This document shows positions 42,699 through 53,170 of a DNA stretch of 64,000 bases, piece by piece. The notes beneath the pieces were generated by a model. That model worked only from the letters and a program-made list of their open reading frames with translations. It was not told the DNA's origin and did not search any database. The stretch comes from a virus, in IMG/VR virus record IMGVR_UViG_3300021256_000065. The stretch is one strand, 5' to 3'. A program made the position numbers and the translations under genes. The stretch's first letter is position 1; each line of letters starts with the position of its first letter.

Positions 42699-45041
42699 AT
42701 GCAAAATGATTTAACAAAAGAATTAGGTACAAATTTTATAGAATATGCTGTTGCAGTTAATACTGATCGAGCTATCCCTAATGCGAAAGATGGATTAAAG
42801 CCTGTTGCAAAACGAATTTTATGGGGCGCAGAAGATAAAACTAAATGTGTATCAAGTAAACCACATGTAAAAGCAGCAAAACTTGTTGGTGATATTATGG
42901 GTACATATCATCCGCATGGTGATAGCTCCATTTATGGCGCTCTTGTGCGTCTTTCTCAAAATTGGGTTATGCGTTATCCATTAATTGATTTTCATGGAAA
43001 TAATGGTAATATTATTGGCGATGGCCCCGCACATATGCGTTATACTGAATGTAGATTGAGTAAACTCGCGGAGGATGGATTACTTCAAGGAATAAAGAAA
43101 AATAATGTTGATTTTATTGATAATTATGATGAAACAACAGAAGAGCCAGTATCTCTTCCAAGTGTTTTTCCTAATTTACTTTGTAATCCTAATAGTGGCA
43201 TTGGTGTAGCTATGGCTTGCTCCTGGGCACCACATAATCTTGGTGAAGTGGCCGCGGCAATTAACCAATATTTATCTGGAGAAGAACCCATGTTGCCTGG
43301 TCCAGATTTTCCAACAGGTGGAATTATTATTAATCAAAAAGAAATTCCTGCAATTATGCGAACTGGACATGGTAGCGTAAAAGTTCGTGGTAAGTTTGAA
43401 ATTGATAAGCAAAAAATTATTTTTACAGAAATTCCTTATGGAACATCTGTTGAAGGATTGATGACTGAAATTGGCGAAGTTTCAGATGCAAAGGAAATTG
43501 AAGGCATTGATAATATTCGTGATGAGTCTAATAAAAAAGGTGTTAGAATTATCATTGAATGCGATAAAGGTATCAATCCTGCAAATATTGTAAATAAACT
43601 TTTTGCAAAAACAAATTTACAAAGTTCATTTAGCTATAATCAGGTTGCTCTTGTCGATAAAGTGCCAACTGAATTAAATCTTAAAGATTGTATTAAAATC
43701 TATGTTGACCATAATATTGATTGCATAACAAGAGAAACTAAATTTGATTTAGATAAGGCCATTGATAGACTTGAAATTGTTAATGGTTTACTGCGGGCAC
43801 TTGAGGATATTGACAACATCATAGCGCTGATTAAAGGCTCCGAAAATGCAACTGCCGCAAAAGAAGCATTAATTAAGAAATATCAGTTCACAGAAAATCA
43901 AACTAAAGCAATTTTAGCTATGAGACTTTCTTCTCTTGCAAAACTTGAAAAAGTTGAATTAGAGAAAGAAGCCGAAGATTTAAAAAATAAAATTTTTATG
44001 CTTAATCAGATTTTAGATAGTCGAGATGAGCAAATCGGAATTCTTAAAGTGCGACTTCAAGGGCTAGTAAATAAATACGGTGATGCTCGTCGTACTGAAC
44101 TAACTAATATTGAAGTAAAACCAGAAGATAAAATTATTGAGGAAGTTACTCCAGAAGATTGTGTTGTAATTCTTTCTCAAACTGGAGATATTAAACGTAT
44201 ACCTAAAAATAATTTTAAAATACAAAGAAAAAATGGTAAGGGCGTAAAAACAAAAGATGATGTAATTATGTCTACCATTTCTACTAATACTATTGATAAT
44301 CTTCTTCTTTTTACAAAAAAAGGAAAAATGTTCAAAATTCTTGTTGATGAGGTACCAGTAGGCACTAATATATCAAAAGGATCTCATGTTGGAACTTTAA
44401 TTAATATGGATCAAGATGATGAAGTGATTGCTATCACTTCTTTGGCAAGAAGTAATACTGCAAAATATGTAGTATTCTTTACTAAACAAGGTTTGATGAA
44501 AAAAACTCTTCTTGATGAATATACAAAAGTGAAACGTAGTACAGGAATTGCTGCCATTAAATTAAACGATGGTGATTCTATTGCCAATGTAGAATTTATG
44601 AACGAAGAAGATATTCTTATTATTACTAAAAATGGAATGTCTATTCATTTTGAAAGCAAAAATGTTAATCCTATTGGTAGAGTTGCGGCTGGGGTAAAAA
44701 CTATTAAATTAGATGAAAATAATGAAGTTGTTGTAGGACTTCCAATCCATTCAGATAGTGATACTGTTGCTATTTTCTCTACAAAAGGATATGGTAAAAA
44801 GACTTCAATTAAAGAATTTACAGTTCAGGGCAGAGGCGGAAAAGGTTTGGTAATTTATCGACCAAGTGCGGTATATGGTGAAATTGTAGGTGCGGCGGTT
44901 GTATCAGATAAAGACGCCATTCTTCTTTCAGGCCAGCCTAATTCTATATGCATTGCCGCAACTGATTTACCATTATTAACTAGAACTAGCTTTGGTAATA
45001 TCATGGTAAAATCTAATATTTCATCAGTGGTAAAAATATGA
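42699..45041 (+). CDS. Type IIA DNA topoisomerase cleavage subunit (GyrA / T4 gp52-like).
   Basis: HMRYTECRLS active-site Tyr box and winged-helix region. RBS TAAAGGAGATTAAAAATG. Confidence 0.8.
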   Translation: MQNDLTKELGTNFIEYAVAVNTDRAIPNAKDGLKPVAKRILWGAEDKTKCVSSKPHVKAAKLVGDIMGTYHPHGDSSIYGALVRLSQNWVMRYPLIDFHGNNGNIIGDGPAHMRYTECRLSKLAEDGLLQGIKKNNVDFIDNYDETTEEPVSLPSVFPNLLCNPNSGIGVAMACSWAPHNLGEVAAAINQYLSGEEPMLPGPDFPTGGIIINQKEIPAIMRTGHGSVKVRGKFEIDKQKIIFTEIPYGTSVEGLMTEIGEVSDAKEIEGIDNIRDESNKKGVRIIIECDKGINPANIVNKLFAKTNLQSSFSYNQVALVDKVPTELNLKDCIKIYVDHNIDCITRETKFDLDKAIDRLEIVNGLLRALEDIDNIIALIKGSENATAAKEALIKKYQFTENQTKAILAMRLSSLAKLEKVELEKEAEDLKNKIFMLNQILDSRDEQIGILKVRLQGLVNKYGDARRTELTNIEVKPEDKIIEEVTPEDCVVILSQTGDIKRIPKNNFKIQRKNGKGVKTKDDVIMSTISTNTIDNLLLFTKKGKMFKILVDEVPVGTNISKGSHVGTLINMDQDDEVIAITSLARSNTAKYVVFFTKQGLMKKTLLDEYTKVKRSTGIAAIKLNDGDSIANVEFMNEEDILIITKNGMSIHFESKNVNPIGRVAAGVKTIKLDENNEVVVGLPIHSDSDTVAIFSTKGYGKKTSIKEFTVQGRGGKGLVIYRPSAVYGEIVGAAVVSDKDAILLSGQPNSICIAATDLPLLTRTSFGNIMVKSNISSVVKI

Positions 45042-45274
45042 GTAAAAATTTTGAAATTATAAATAGAGAAAATATTTATATTGAAGATAAGCCTCAATAT
45101 ATTACTCTTTTTTATAAGAATAAAGCATATACATTTATAATTGAAAGAACTGGATATAAAGACTTTAATTTTTATTATTCTAGTGATTCAATTCCTGATG
45201 ATATTACAAAAAAAGAAATTGAAAATTTTTGTTACAATTATTTTATAAATTATGAAGATTGGAATAAAATATGA
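45038..45274 (+). CDS. Hypothetical protein.
   Basis: ATGA overlap with the upstream gene. 78 aa. Confidence 0.35.
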   Translation: MSKNFEIINRENIYIEDKPQYITLFYKNKAYTFIIERTGYKDFNFYYSSDSIPDDITKKEIENFCYNYFINYEDWNKI

Positions 45275-45430
45275 ATAAATTAAATTGTCCTAACTGCGGA
45301 GTGCCAATCTCCGCAGATAATTATAAAACTTAGTGGTGTAAAAAAATAATATTAAATTAATTAGAATATCAATATAAACAATTAGACACTTTAACTATAG
45401 ATGATTTAATAATATAATGGGTGATTTAAT

Positions 45431-47383
45431 ATGACAATGCGTGGAATAATAGATATGCTTAATTATCATACTGCATTATATGATAAAGGTAAAAGTGTAT
45501 GGTCTGATAAAGAATGGGATGAATTATATTTTAAACTTCAAAAATTAGAAAAAGAAACTGGTATTATTTATCCAGATTCACCAACTCAAAAAGTTTATTT
45601 TGAAAAAGTTTCTGAATTAAAAAAAGTTAAACATAATCATCCAATGTTGTCTCTTGATAAAACAAAAGATATAGAAGATATCAAATCTTTTATAAAAGAA
45701 CATGATTGGGTGGCCATGGCAAAAATGGACGGATTAACTTGTTCATTACGTTATGTTGATGGAAAACTGGTTTCCGCAGAGACAAGAGGAAATGATATAG
45801 AAGGAGAAGATATTACTCATAATGCTTTAATAATTTCATCTATCCCTAATCAAATTAATTATAAAAAAGAATTAATTATTGATGGAGAAATTATTTGTAC
45901 TTACAAAAATTTTGAAAATTTTAACACTGAGTATAAAAATCCACGAAATTTTGCGAGTGGCAGTATTAGACTACTTGATTCAAAAGAATGTGTAAAAAGA
46001 AAATTAGATTTCATTGCATGGGATGTAATCAAAGGGTTTAATAAAAAGACTTTGACAGAAAATCTTATTGAATTACGGCAGATTGGTTTTACAACAGTTC
46101 CATTAACAATTAAAAATTTAATAACTCCAGATATTAATTCTGCAATAAATTTTTTAAAGGAACATTGTGAATTAAAGTCATATCCTATTGATGGGATTGT
46201 ATTTAAATATGATAATGTTAAAGAGTATGAGGCAGCCGGCCGCACAGATCATCATTTTAAGGGCGGCTTAGCTTATAAATTTTATGATGAAACATATGAA
46301 ACTAATTTAAAAAATATTGAATGGAGCATGGGAAGAACTGGAATTCTTACTCCCGTTGCTATTTATAATGACATAGAGATAGAAGGAACTGTTTGTAATC
46401 GAGCAAGTTTGCATAATTATAGTATTATGAAAGAACTTTTTCATAATCAAATTCCTATAGTTAATCAAGAAATTACAATATTTAAAAGTAACCAAATTAT
46501 TCCTCAAGTAAAAAGTGCAAAAGAATATGAAATAAAAGATAATGAGGAATATCAGTTTTTACCAGCCCCAACTATTTGCCCTTATTGTGGGAAGCATACT
46601 AAAATAAGAAAAGATAATGATAGCGAGGTATTATACTGTACAAATGCACAATGTGAAGGAAAATTAGTTAACAAACTGGACCACTTTTGTGGGAAAAAAG
46701 GACTTGATATTAAAGGACTTTCAAAAGCTACTCTTGAAAAATTTATTGAATGGGGATGGGTAGAATCTATAGAAGACTTATATAACTTATCCGAAACACA
46801 TAGGATGGAATTTATACAAAAACCTGGTTTTGGAATTAAATCAGTTACTAAAATCTTAAATGCAATAGAAGAATCAAAACATACTACACTTGATGCTTTT
46901 ATATCTGCGATTGGTATTCCCCTTATAGGGCGGACAGTTGCTAAAGATTTAACAAAATATTTTAAAACATATGAAGAGTTTCGTGATGCAGTAATGGATG
47001 ATACATATAATTTCTTTATCTTAGATAATTTTGGTGAAGAAATGAATAATAGTATTAAAAATTTTGATTATGCGGAAGCTGATAGAATTTTTAAACTTTT
47101 AATTTTTGAAACCCCCATTGTTAACAACATTCAAATAAATAATAATCTTATAGGGAAAACCATAGTTATTACGGGAAAACTTACTACATTTAAAAATAGA
47201 GCTGAATTAAAAACTGTTATTGAATCTCATGGTGGAAAGGTATCAGATTCTATTTCTGGTAAGACTGATTTATTAATTAACAATGATGTAAATAGTATAT
47301 CATCTAAAAATAAAGCTGCAAAGGCACGCAATATACCTATTGTTTCAGAACTAGATTTTATAAAGCAATATATTGAAAACTAA
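45431..47383 (+). CDS. ligA: NAD-dependent DNA ligase.
   Basis: KMDGL adenylation motif. CPYCG…CTNAQC zinc finger. HhH and BRCT-like C-terminus. Confidence 0.8.
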   Translation: MTMRGIIDMLNYHTALYDKGKSVWSDKEWDELYFKLQKLEKETGIIYPDSPTQKVYFEKVSELKKVKHNHPMLSLDKTKDIEDIKSFIKEHDWVAMAKMDGLTCSLRYVDGKLVSAETRGNDIEGEDITHNALIISSIPNQINYKKELIIDGEIICTYKNFENFNTEYKNPRNFASGSIRLLDSKECVKRKLDFIAWDVIKGFNKKTLTENLIELRQIGFTTVPLTIKNLITPDINSAINFLKEHCELKSYPIDGIVFKYDNVKEYEAAGRTDHHFKGGLAYKFYDETYETNLKNIEWSMGRTGILTPVAIYNDIEIEGTVCNRASLHNYSIMKELFHNQIPIVNQEITIFKSNQIIPQVKSAKEYEIKDNEEYQFLPAPTICPYCGKHTKIRKDNDSEVLYCTNAQCEGKLVNKLDHFCGKKGLDIKGLSKATLEKFIEWGWVESIEDLYNLSETHRMEFIQKPGFGIKSVTKILNAIEESKHTTLDAFISAIGIPLIGRTVAKDLTKYFKTYEEFRDAVMDDTYNFFILDNFGEEMNNSIKNFDYAEADRIFKLLIFETPIVNNIQINNNLIGKTIVITGKLTTFKNRAELKTVIESHGGKVSDSISGKTDLLINNDVNSISSKNKAAKARNIPIVSELDFIKQYIEN

Positions 47384-47517
47384 AGAAAATTTTTATATAA
47401 TATAATTGTAAATAAGATGAATAGTTACGAAGAGTTGTAGTCGGAAGCAAAGAAAACAAAAATTAAAAATAATATTTATTTCACCTGTTATTTTTCTTGA
47501 TTTTTTAAAAAATTTTT

Positions 47518-47526
47518 GATATAATA
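47518..47526 (+). promoter_or_regulatory. Extended -10 promoter (TGATATAAT). A weaker TATAAT lies at 47396-47401.
   Basis: AAAAAATTTTTGATATAATAAAAAT. Confidence 0.45.
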
Positions 47527-47604
47527 AAAATACAGATGATAAATATAAATTCATCTTAATTAAATAATAAACAAATATATATATAATTACAAGGAGAAAA
47601 AAAT

Positions 47605-47892
47605 ATGTTAAAAGAAAATAGTAAAATTGTTTATGATTTTGTAAAAGCACACGATGGAGAAGATTTTACTGCACAGGATATTGCAGATGCAACAGGACTT
47701 TCTGTTCGTTCGGTTAATGGTATTGTGACTTCTGCTTTCCAGCGTCATAAGGATAAGGATAAGAACGAAATTCCTCTTATGGTTCGTGTTCCTGCAGAAA
47801 TTGAAGATCCTGAAACAGGACTTCATAAGGCAATTAAGTTTATTCAGCTTACAGATGCAGGCCGCGAATTCGACCCTGACGCCGAAGATTAA
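47605..47892 (+). CDS. Small wHTH-like protein (possible transcription regulator).
   Basis: FTAQDIADATGLSVRSVNGIV helix-turn-helix. RBS ACAAGGAGAAAAAAAT. Strong terminator downstream. Confidence 0.35.
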   Translation: MLKENSKIVYDFVKAHDGEDFTAQDIADATGLSVRSVNGIVTSAFQRHKDKDKNEIPLMVRVPAEIEDPETGLHKAIKFIQLTDAGREFDPDAED

Positions 47893-47906
47893 TCTTAATT
47901 ATATTG

Positions 47907-47942
47907 TGAGGGTTAGATAAAATTTATCTAACCCTCTTTTAT
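47907..47942 (+). terminator. Intrinsic terminator.
   Basis: GAGGGTTAGATAAA…TTTATCTAACCCTC then TTTT. Confidence 0.6.
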
Positions 47943-47954
47943 ATTGGAGAAAAA

Positions 47955-48848
47955 ATGTTATTTATAATATTAAGTTTTATTTTTTTAATATTTGGTTTAA
48001 TTCTTTTTTACAAAGCCAATCAAATAAAAATTAATAAAAATGAATAGCAAGAAGAATATAAACAAATATTAAAAAATCAAATTACTCAATTAAAAATTGA
48101 GATTGATGCTTTAAAGCAATCTCAATTTAAAAAACAAAAAGAAATTGATTAGTAGTTAATACAATGGCAGGCTAATCGTAAAAAAGAAATTGAAGTATAT
48201 ATAGAAAGTCAAAAACAATTAGCCGATCAAACTGTAAATACAGTATATGAATCTGCCCAAAAGCAAATTTCAGATATTAATAATGATATTCAAAGTACTC
48301 GTAATATAGCATTGCAAGAAAAAGAATAGATACAAACTGAAATTAATAAATTAAAAGCCTCATTAAATGCGGGTGTTGAAGCTCGTCTCCGCGAACAATA
48401 GAAAAAAGATAAAATTAATTTTTATAAACTTTCTATTTCTGAAGCAGATTTAGCTGATGTAAAAATGCTATAGAATTTAAAATCTTCTTTTCATAAACCT
48501 GTTGTTTTAAGTAAACTTATATGGACTCAATATTTCCAAAAACAAATGACAGAATTATGTGATAGAATTTTAGGAAAAAAGACTGTTTGTGGCATTTATA
48601 AAATTACTAATTTATTAACAGAACAATGTTATATTGGTCAAAGTGTTAATATTAGTGATAGATGGAAGCAACATTGTAAATGCGGTTTAGGTATTGAAGC
48701 ATCCGCAACAAATGTTTTATATAATGCCATGCAAAAAAATGGAGTATGGAATTTTAGTTTTGAATTATTAGAATAGTGTTCAAAAGATCAATTAAATGAA
48801 AAAGAAAGATTTTGGATATAGATGTATCAAAGTAATAAATTTGGTTTA
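47955..48848 (+). CDS. Membrane-anchored coiled-coil protein with a C-terminal GIY-YIG (T5orf172-like) nuclease domain. 8 in-frame TAG.
   Basis: N-terminal TM (MLFIILSFIFLIFGLILFY). Coiled coil. GIYKITNLLTEQCYIGQSVNISDRWKQH is GIY-YIG motif A. FELLE-TAG-CSKDQLNEKERFWI-TAG parallels the I-TevI ILEEIPYEKDLIIERENFWI region. TAA at 48846-48848. Confidence 0.55.
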
Positions 48849-48870
48849 AATACTACAAAGGGGAATTTAT

Positions 48871-49100
48871 AATGATTAAAGTTTTTACTTTAAATAAAAA
48901 TAATAAAATTGAATTAACTAAATAGGAATTACAAAAGTTATTAGATGAATCTTATTGGGAGGGCAGAAATTCAGTTTATATCTCACCCTCTTGGACATAT
49001 GTTTCTCCAACTAAATGGACTTATGATACCACAACAGAACCATTATCAACAAACGCAGCAACCGCAACAATTATAGTAGGAGATAATAAAAATGAAATTT
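48871..49100 (+). CDS. Small hypothetical protein with 1 TAG.
   Basis: ATG at 48871. Ends with TGA, overlapping the start of the next gene. Confidence 0.2.
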
Positions 49101-49979
49101 GAAAATACACAAGTTTGGGGATTTGAACATGCAATACGAGGTATGAGAAATCCTAAAAATAGTTGGGATAAAAGCGATAGTTATTTTAATATTACAGATG
49201 ATTATGATGAAGGGGTTCTTGATGTAGCTGACGCCTGGATTTATCAAAATTATCCTGAGTTGAATGGACATGAAGATACTAAAGAATTTTTTAATTTAGA
49301 AGATAAATGTTGTAATTGGTTACTTACAGAAGGAATTTTAAAAGAATCTAAAGATTATCAGTATAGGGATAATGCTTTTATCGGACCTAATGATATGAAA
49401 CTTGCCCAAACATTGATTAAGGCCGGTCCTGAACATCGTAAATTTTTACGACAAATTTTTGTATCAGTTGATATTACAGCACCATTATATTGGTGGAAAT
49501 AGATGGATACTTATAAAATTGGAACAACCGCCAATAGCACATCTACGATGCACAAATTGACAAGCAAGCCTATCACTATTGATTGTTTTGAAACAGATGA
49601 TTGGAATCCTGATTTAATATATTATAGCATCTCAGAATACGCATGTGGACCAGCTGAAAATAATATTTATATGTTCTCTGAACTTTTAATTGAACAACTT
49701 GAATTTCTTCGTCAAAAATATATTGAAACAAAAGATAAAAGATATTGGAAAGAACTTGTGCGGTGGCTCCCAGAAAGTTGGCTTCAAACTAGAACCTGGA
49801 CCGCAAATTATGAAGTCCTTCATACTATTGTTCATCAAAGAAAAGATCATAAGCTAAATGAATGGAGCGGACAGGATGACCAATCTAAAAATAATTTTAT
49901 TAAATGGGTGCGTGAATTACCTTATGCTCAATATTTAATTTTTGATGATAAAAATATTCCTTTTCAAATTGAAAAATAA
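49092..49979 (+). CDS. ThyX-like (flavin-dependent thymidylate synthase fold) protein, divergent. 1 in-frame TAG.
   Basis: Fragments 49092..49502 and 49503..49979 are joined by TAG at 49500-49502 directly before an ATG. EHRKFLRQIFVSVDITAPLYWW resembles ThyX …KFLRHISFTFHVKAPIFVARQW, but the following RHRxxS motif is absent. Confidence 0.3.
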
Positions 49980-49988
49980 AAAATAATA

Positions 49989-49997
49989 TGTTATAAT
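49989..49997 (+). promoter_or_regulatory. Extended -10 promoter (TGTTATAAT).
   Basis: AATATGTTATAATATA. Confidence 0.45.
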
Positions 49998-50045
49998 ATA
50001 TTTATAAAGATAGAAAATATATTATAAATGAAAAGGAAAATGATT

Positions 50046-50420
50046 ATGACAAAAAGAGAAGCATTTATTGAAATTGTAGAAGAAATTTTTAGTAGACCAG
50101 ATATATATGCAGAAAATTATCCAGATACATATAAGTTAGCAGATGAATTTTGGGAAGAATTTAAAAATGGAAAGGCAAAAAATTCAGGAGCTATGACGGA
50201 AAATGGTAAGAAGTTACTTTCTTGGATGCAAGAGAATGTAGATACAATGTCTAATGTTTTTACATCTAAAGAGGCAGCAGAAGCTCTTTTTACTAGCGGC
50301 CGCTCCATCGCAGGCTCTATGCGTAAACTGGTAAATGATGGATATGTGGAAAAAACTGGCAAAGATCCTGTCCAGTATTCTCTTACTGAAGCTGGTAAGA
50401 GTTATCAATTTGAAAAATAA
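50046..50420 (+). CDS. Hypothetical protein (possible wHTH).
   Basis: RBS AAAAGGAAAATGATT. 125 aa. Confidence 0.3.
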   Translation: MTKREAFIEIVEEIFSRPDIYAENYPDTYKLADEFWEEFKNGKAKNSGAMTENGKKLLSWMQENVDTMSNVFTSKEAAEALFTSGRSIAGSMRKLVNDGYVEKTGKDPVQYSLTEAGKSYQFEK

Positions 50421-50429
50421 AAAAATTTT

Positions 50430-50438
50430 TGTTATAAT
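50430..50438 (+). promoter_or_regulatory. Extended -10 promoter (TGTTATAAT).
   Basis: AAAAAATTTTTGTTATAATATA. Confidence 0.5.
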
Positions 50439-50478
50439 ATAAAGGTAAAAGTTGATTAATAAAAAGGAGAAAAATTAA

Positions 50479-51462
50479 ATGAAAGCAAACGCAAGATTTA
50501 TTAACACAGAAAAAATTGAAGGATATGTTTATAGTACAGGTAGTAATTTTAATCAGCTTTCTGAAAGGGTTTCTGGAGAGAACTCCAAAAATCCTGGTAC
50601 TAAATATATTGCAGGTGATCTTGACATTGCAGTAGATGAGGCTGGTTTGAACGTAATCAGCATTCATTATACTTATGTAACTGAAACTTATAAAAGTGGT
50701 CAGACAAATAATACATATACCGCCCTTAAAAAGATTATTGATAACCCCGAAAAGACCTGGGTAAATGGCGGAAAAGAAAATGCTTTCAAAGTCCAGTGTA
50801 CTGGAACAGCTCTCGCAATTAATGATTTTATTGCAGCAGATGGATCAAAAGTTGCCGCAGTAAGAAATGAAAATGGATTCTGTTCTATCGTGAATGAACT
50901 TGGACCAGAGGCAGAGAGAAATACTTTTACAGCAGATATGTTGATTACAAAAGTAACTCATGTAGACGCTGATCCCGAAAAGAATATTGCTGAAGATTTT
51001 GCAACTATCAGCGGAGCAATTTTTGGATATGGGCCAGTTCTTTTGCCTGTTTCTTTCGTTGTTCGTAATGAAATGGGAATGAATTATTTTGAGAATCTTG
51101 ATGCCACCCCTTCTAAGCCTGTTTTCACAAAGGTTTGGGGACGTATTAATTGCATGACCATTAAGACTGAAAGAACTGAAGAATCTGCATTTGGTGAAGC
51201 GGCGGTTCAGACTTATGAAAGAAAAAGTCGTGAATATGTTATCACTGGCACTGCAAAGGTTCCTTATGATTTCGGTGATGAGGAAGTTCTTACTGCAGCA
51301 GATGTAAATAAGATGACTCAGGATCGTCAGGTTATGCTAGCAGAAATTGAAAAGAGATATAATGAGCGTCAGGCTAATAAGGCCACGGGTGGAGTTAATT
51401 TCAATGCGGCTGTCGCAACAAAGGCTGCTCAGGCTGTACCTGAAGGTGGATTTGTATTTTAA
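50479..51462 (+). CDS. Hypothetical replication-module protein (possible SSB/DUF2815-like).
   Basis: RBS AAAAGGAGAAAAATTAA. It lies immediately upstream of the AAA_24 ATPase, as in Sak4-type modules. Terminator downstream. Confidence 0.3.
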   Translation: MKANARFINTEKIEGYVYSTGSNFNQLSERVSGENSKNPGTKYIAGDLDIAVDEAGLNVISIHYTYVTETYKSGQTNNTYTALKKIIDNPEKTWVNGGKENAFKVQCTGTALAINDFIAADGSKVAAVRNENGFCSIVNELGPEAERNTFTADMLITKVTHVDADPEKNIAEDFATISGAIFGYGPVLLPVSFVVRNEMGMNYFENLDATPSKPVFTKVWGRINCMTIKTERTEESAFGEAAVQTYERKSREYVITGTAKVPYDFGDEEVLTAADVNKMTQDRQVMLAEIEKRYNERQANKATGGVNFNAAVATKAAQAVPEGGFVF

Positions 51463-51464
51463 TA

Positions 51465-51495
51465 AAAGGGGGATTAACTCTCCCCTTTTCTTTTA
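51465..51495 (+). terminator. Intrinsic terminator.
   Basis: AAGGGGGA-TTAACT-CTCCCCTT then TTCTTTT. Confidence 0.5.
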
Positions 51496-51514
51496 AAGAA
51501 AGGATATTATAATT

Positions 51515-52555
51515 ATGGCAGATATTGATATTTTTAGTATCCAACCACATCAGGTAAGTCGTGATCTTCGCGGTTATTCTGTATTTTTCTACGGTGGTTG
51601 GAAAACTGGTAAAACCACAATCGCATCAAAATTTCCTAATGCACTTCTTCTTGCCTTTGAAAAAGGTTATAATGCATTGGCAGGTGTTCGTCCACAGCCA
51701 ATTAATTCTTGGGCAGAATTTAAGAAAGTTTTACGCCAGTTAAAAGATGCCCGAGCAAAAGAAATGTTCGAAACTATTATTGTAGATACTGCGGATATTG
51801 CTTATGACTATTGCACAAAATATATTTGTGATAATGCGCAAAGATCTGATGGCGGATATGGAGTAGATTCTATTTCAGATATTCCATTCGGAAAAGGATA
51901 TGGAATGGTTGAAAAGGAATTTGACACAGCTCTCCGCTCAATCGTTCAGATGGATTATGGTCTTGTAATTATTTCGCACGAAACTGATAAAACCTTCACA
52001 GATGAAGCAGGAAATCAGTTTAATAAAATTGTTCCTACTCTTGATAAAAGGGCAAATAATATTTGTGCAAGAATGTGCGATATTGTTGGTTATTCAAGAG
52101 CAATCACTGATAAGGATGGGAATCTTACCACTAAATTGTTTATGCGTGGAACCCCACGTTATGAAGCTGGTTCAAGATTTAAATATACTCCAGATTTTAT
52201 TGATTTTTCATATGATAATCTTGTAAATGCTATTGCGACTGCTATTGATAAACAAGCAGAAGAAGATGGCGCGCAGTATTTTACAGATACTCGTAAGAAT
52301 GCATATGAAGATACTACTAAAGACCTTAATTTTGATGAATTAATGAAAAATTGTAATAATCTAATTAAGGAAATGATTGATAATAATTCTGAGGAAGTCT
52401 TTAAAGAGTTTTATCAACCTCGTATTGTTCAGATTACAGATAGGTATTTGGGCAGAGGCCAAAAAATGAGTCAATGTTCAAGAGAACAGGTAGAAGCTCT
52501 TTCCTTAATTTATGATGATCTCCTCTTACTTTCCAAAGAGACCGACTTAGAATAA
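51515..52555 (+). CDS. AAA_24 / Sak4-like RecA-fold ATPase.
   Basis: Walker A YGGWKTGKTT. Walker B IIVDTAD. Confidence 0.5.
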   Translation: MADIDIFSIQPHQVSRDLRGYSVFFYGGWKTGKTTIASKFPNALLLAFEKGYNALAGVRPQPINSWAEFKKVLRQLKDARAKEMFETIIVDTADIAYDYCTKYICDNAQRSDGGYGVDSISDIPFGKGYGMVEKEFDTALRSIVQMDYGLVIISHETDKTFTDEAGNQFNKIVPTLDKRANNICARMCDIVGYSRAITDKDGNLTTKLFMRGTPRYEAGSRFKYTPDFIDFSYDNLVNAIATAIDKQAEEDGAQYFTDTRKNAYEDTTKDLNFDELMKNCNNLIKEMIDNNSEEVFKEFYQPRIVQITDRYLGRGQKMSQCSREQVEALSLIYDDLLLLSKETDLE

Positions 52556-52566
52556 TTATATATTAA

Positions 52567-52610
52567 GGACTTGTCAAAGATTTATTTCTTTGACAAGTCT
52601 TCTTTTTTTT
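52567..52610 (+). terminator. Intrinsic terminator.
   Basis: GACTTGTCAAAGA…TCTTTGACAAGTC then TTCTTTTTTTT. Confidence 0.6.
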
Positions 52611-52618
52611 GTTATAAT
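52610..52618 (+). promoter_or_regulatory. Extended -10 promoter (TGTTATAAT).
   Basis: Follows the terminator at 52567-52610. Confidence 0.5.
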
Positions 52619-52651
52619 ATAATTAGAGAATTTTTAAAAGGAGAATTGTAA

Positions 52652-53170
52652 ATGGCTCATCATTATGTAAAATGCTTATATTGCGGTGAACAATTTGATA
52701 GAGATACTGAACCAACAAAACAAGTCTCCGCACGTAGATATGCTCATATAAAATGTTGGGAAAAACATATTGCTAATATGTCCCAAGAGGAAAAGGACAT
52801 TGAAGCATTTTATGATTATACAAAAAAATTATTTGGAGAAGATTATAATTATGTATTAACTAAAAAACTTGCTGAAAGATATGTAAAAGAAAATAATTAT
52901 ACTTATAGCGGAATGTTAAAAACTCTTAAATGGTATTATGAAAAAGAAGGTAATTCTTTAGACAAAAGCAATGGTAGCATAGGAATCATTCCATACATTT
53001 ATAAGCAAGCATTAAATTATTATTATGCATTATATCAGGCACAATTAGTAAATAAAGAAAAAGATATCACTAACTTTACAATACCAAAAGAAAAGATAGT
53101 AGAAATTGAATCTCCACGTGTATATGTACGGCCGCTGCGCATGTGGTTAGAAGAGGAGAAAAATGAATGA
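52652..53170 (+). CDS. Zn-finger protein (possible helicase loader / replication initiation factor).
   Basis: CLYCGEQF…HIKC. It directly precedes the DnaB-like helicase. Confidence 0.35.
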   Translation: MAHHYVKCLYCGEQFDRDTEPTKQVSARRYAHIKCWEKHIANMSQEEKDIEAFYDYTKKLFGEDYNYVLTKKLAERYVKENNYTYSGMLKTLKWYYEKEGNSLDKSNGSIGIIPYIYKQALNYYYALYQAQLVNKEKDITNFTIPKEKIVEIESPRVYVRPLRMWLEEEKNE

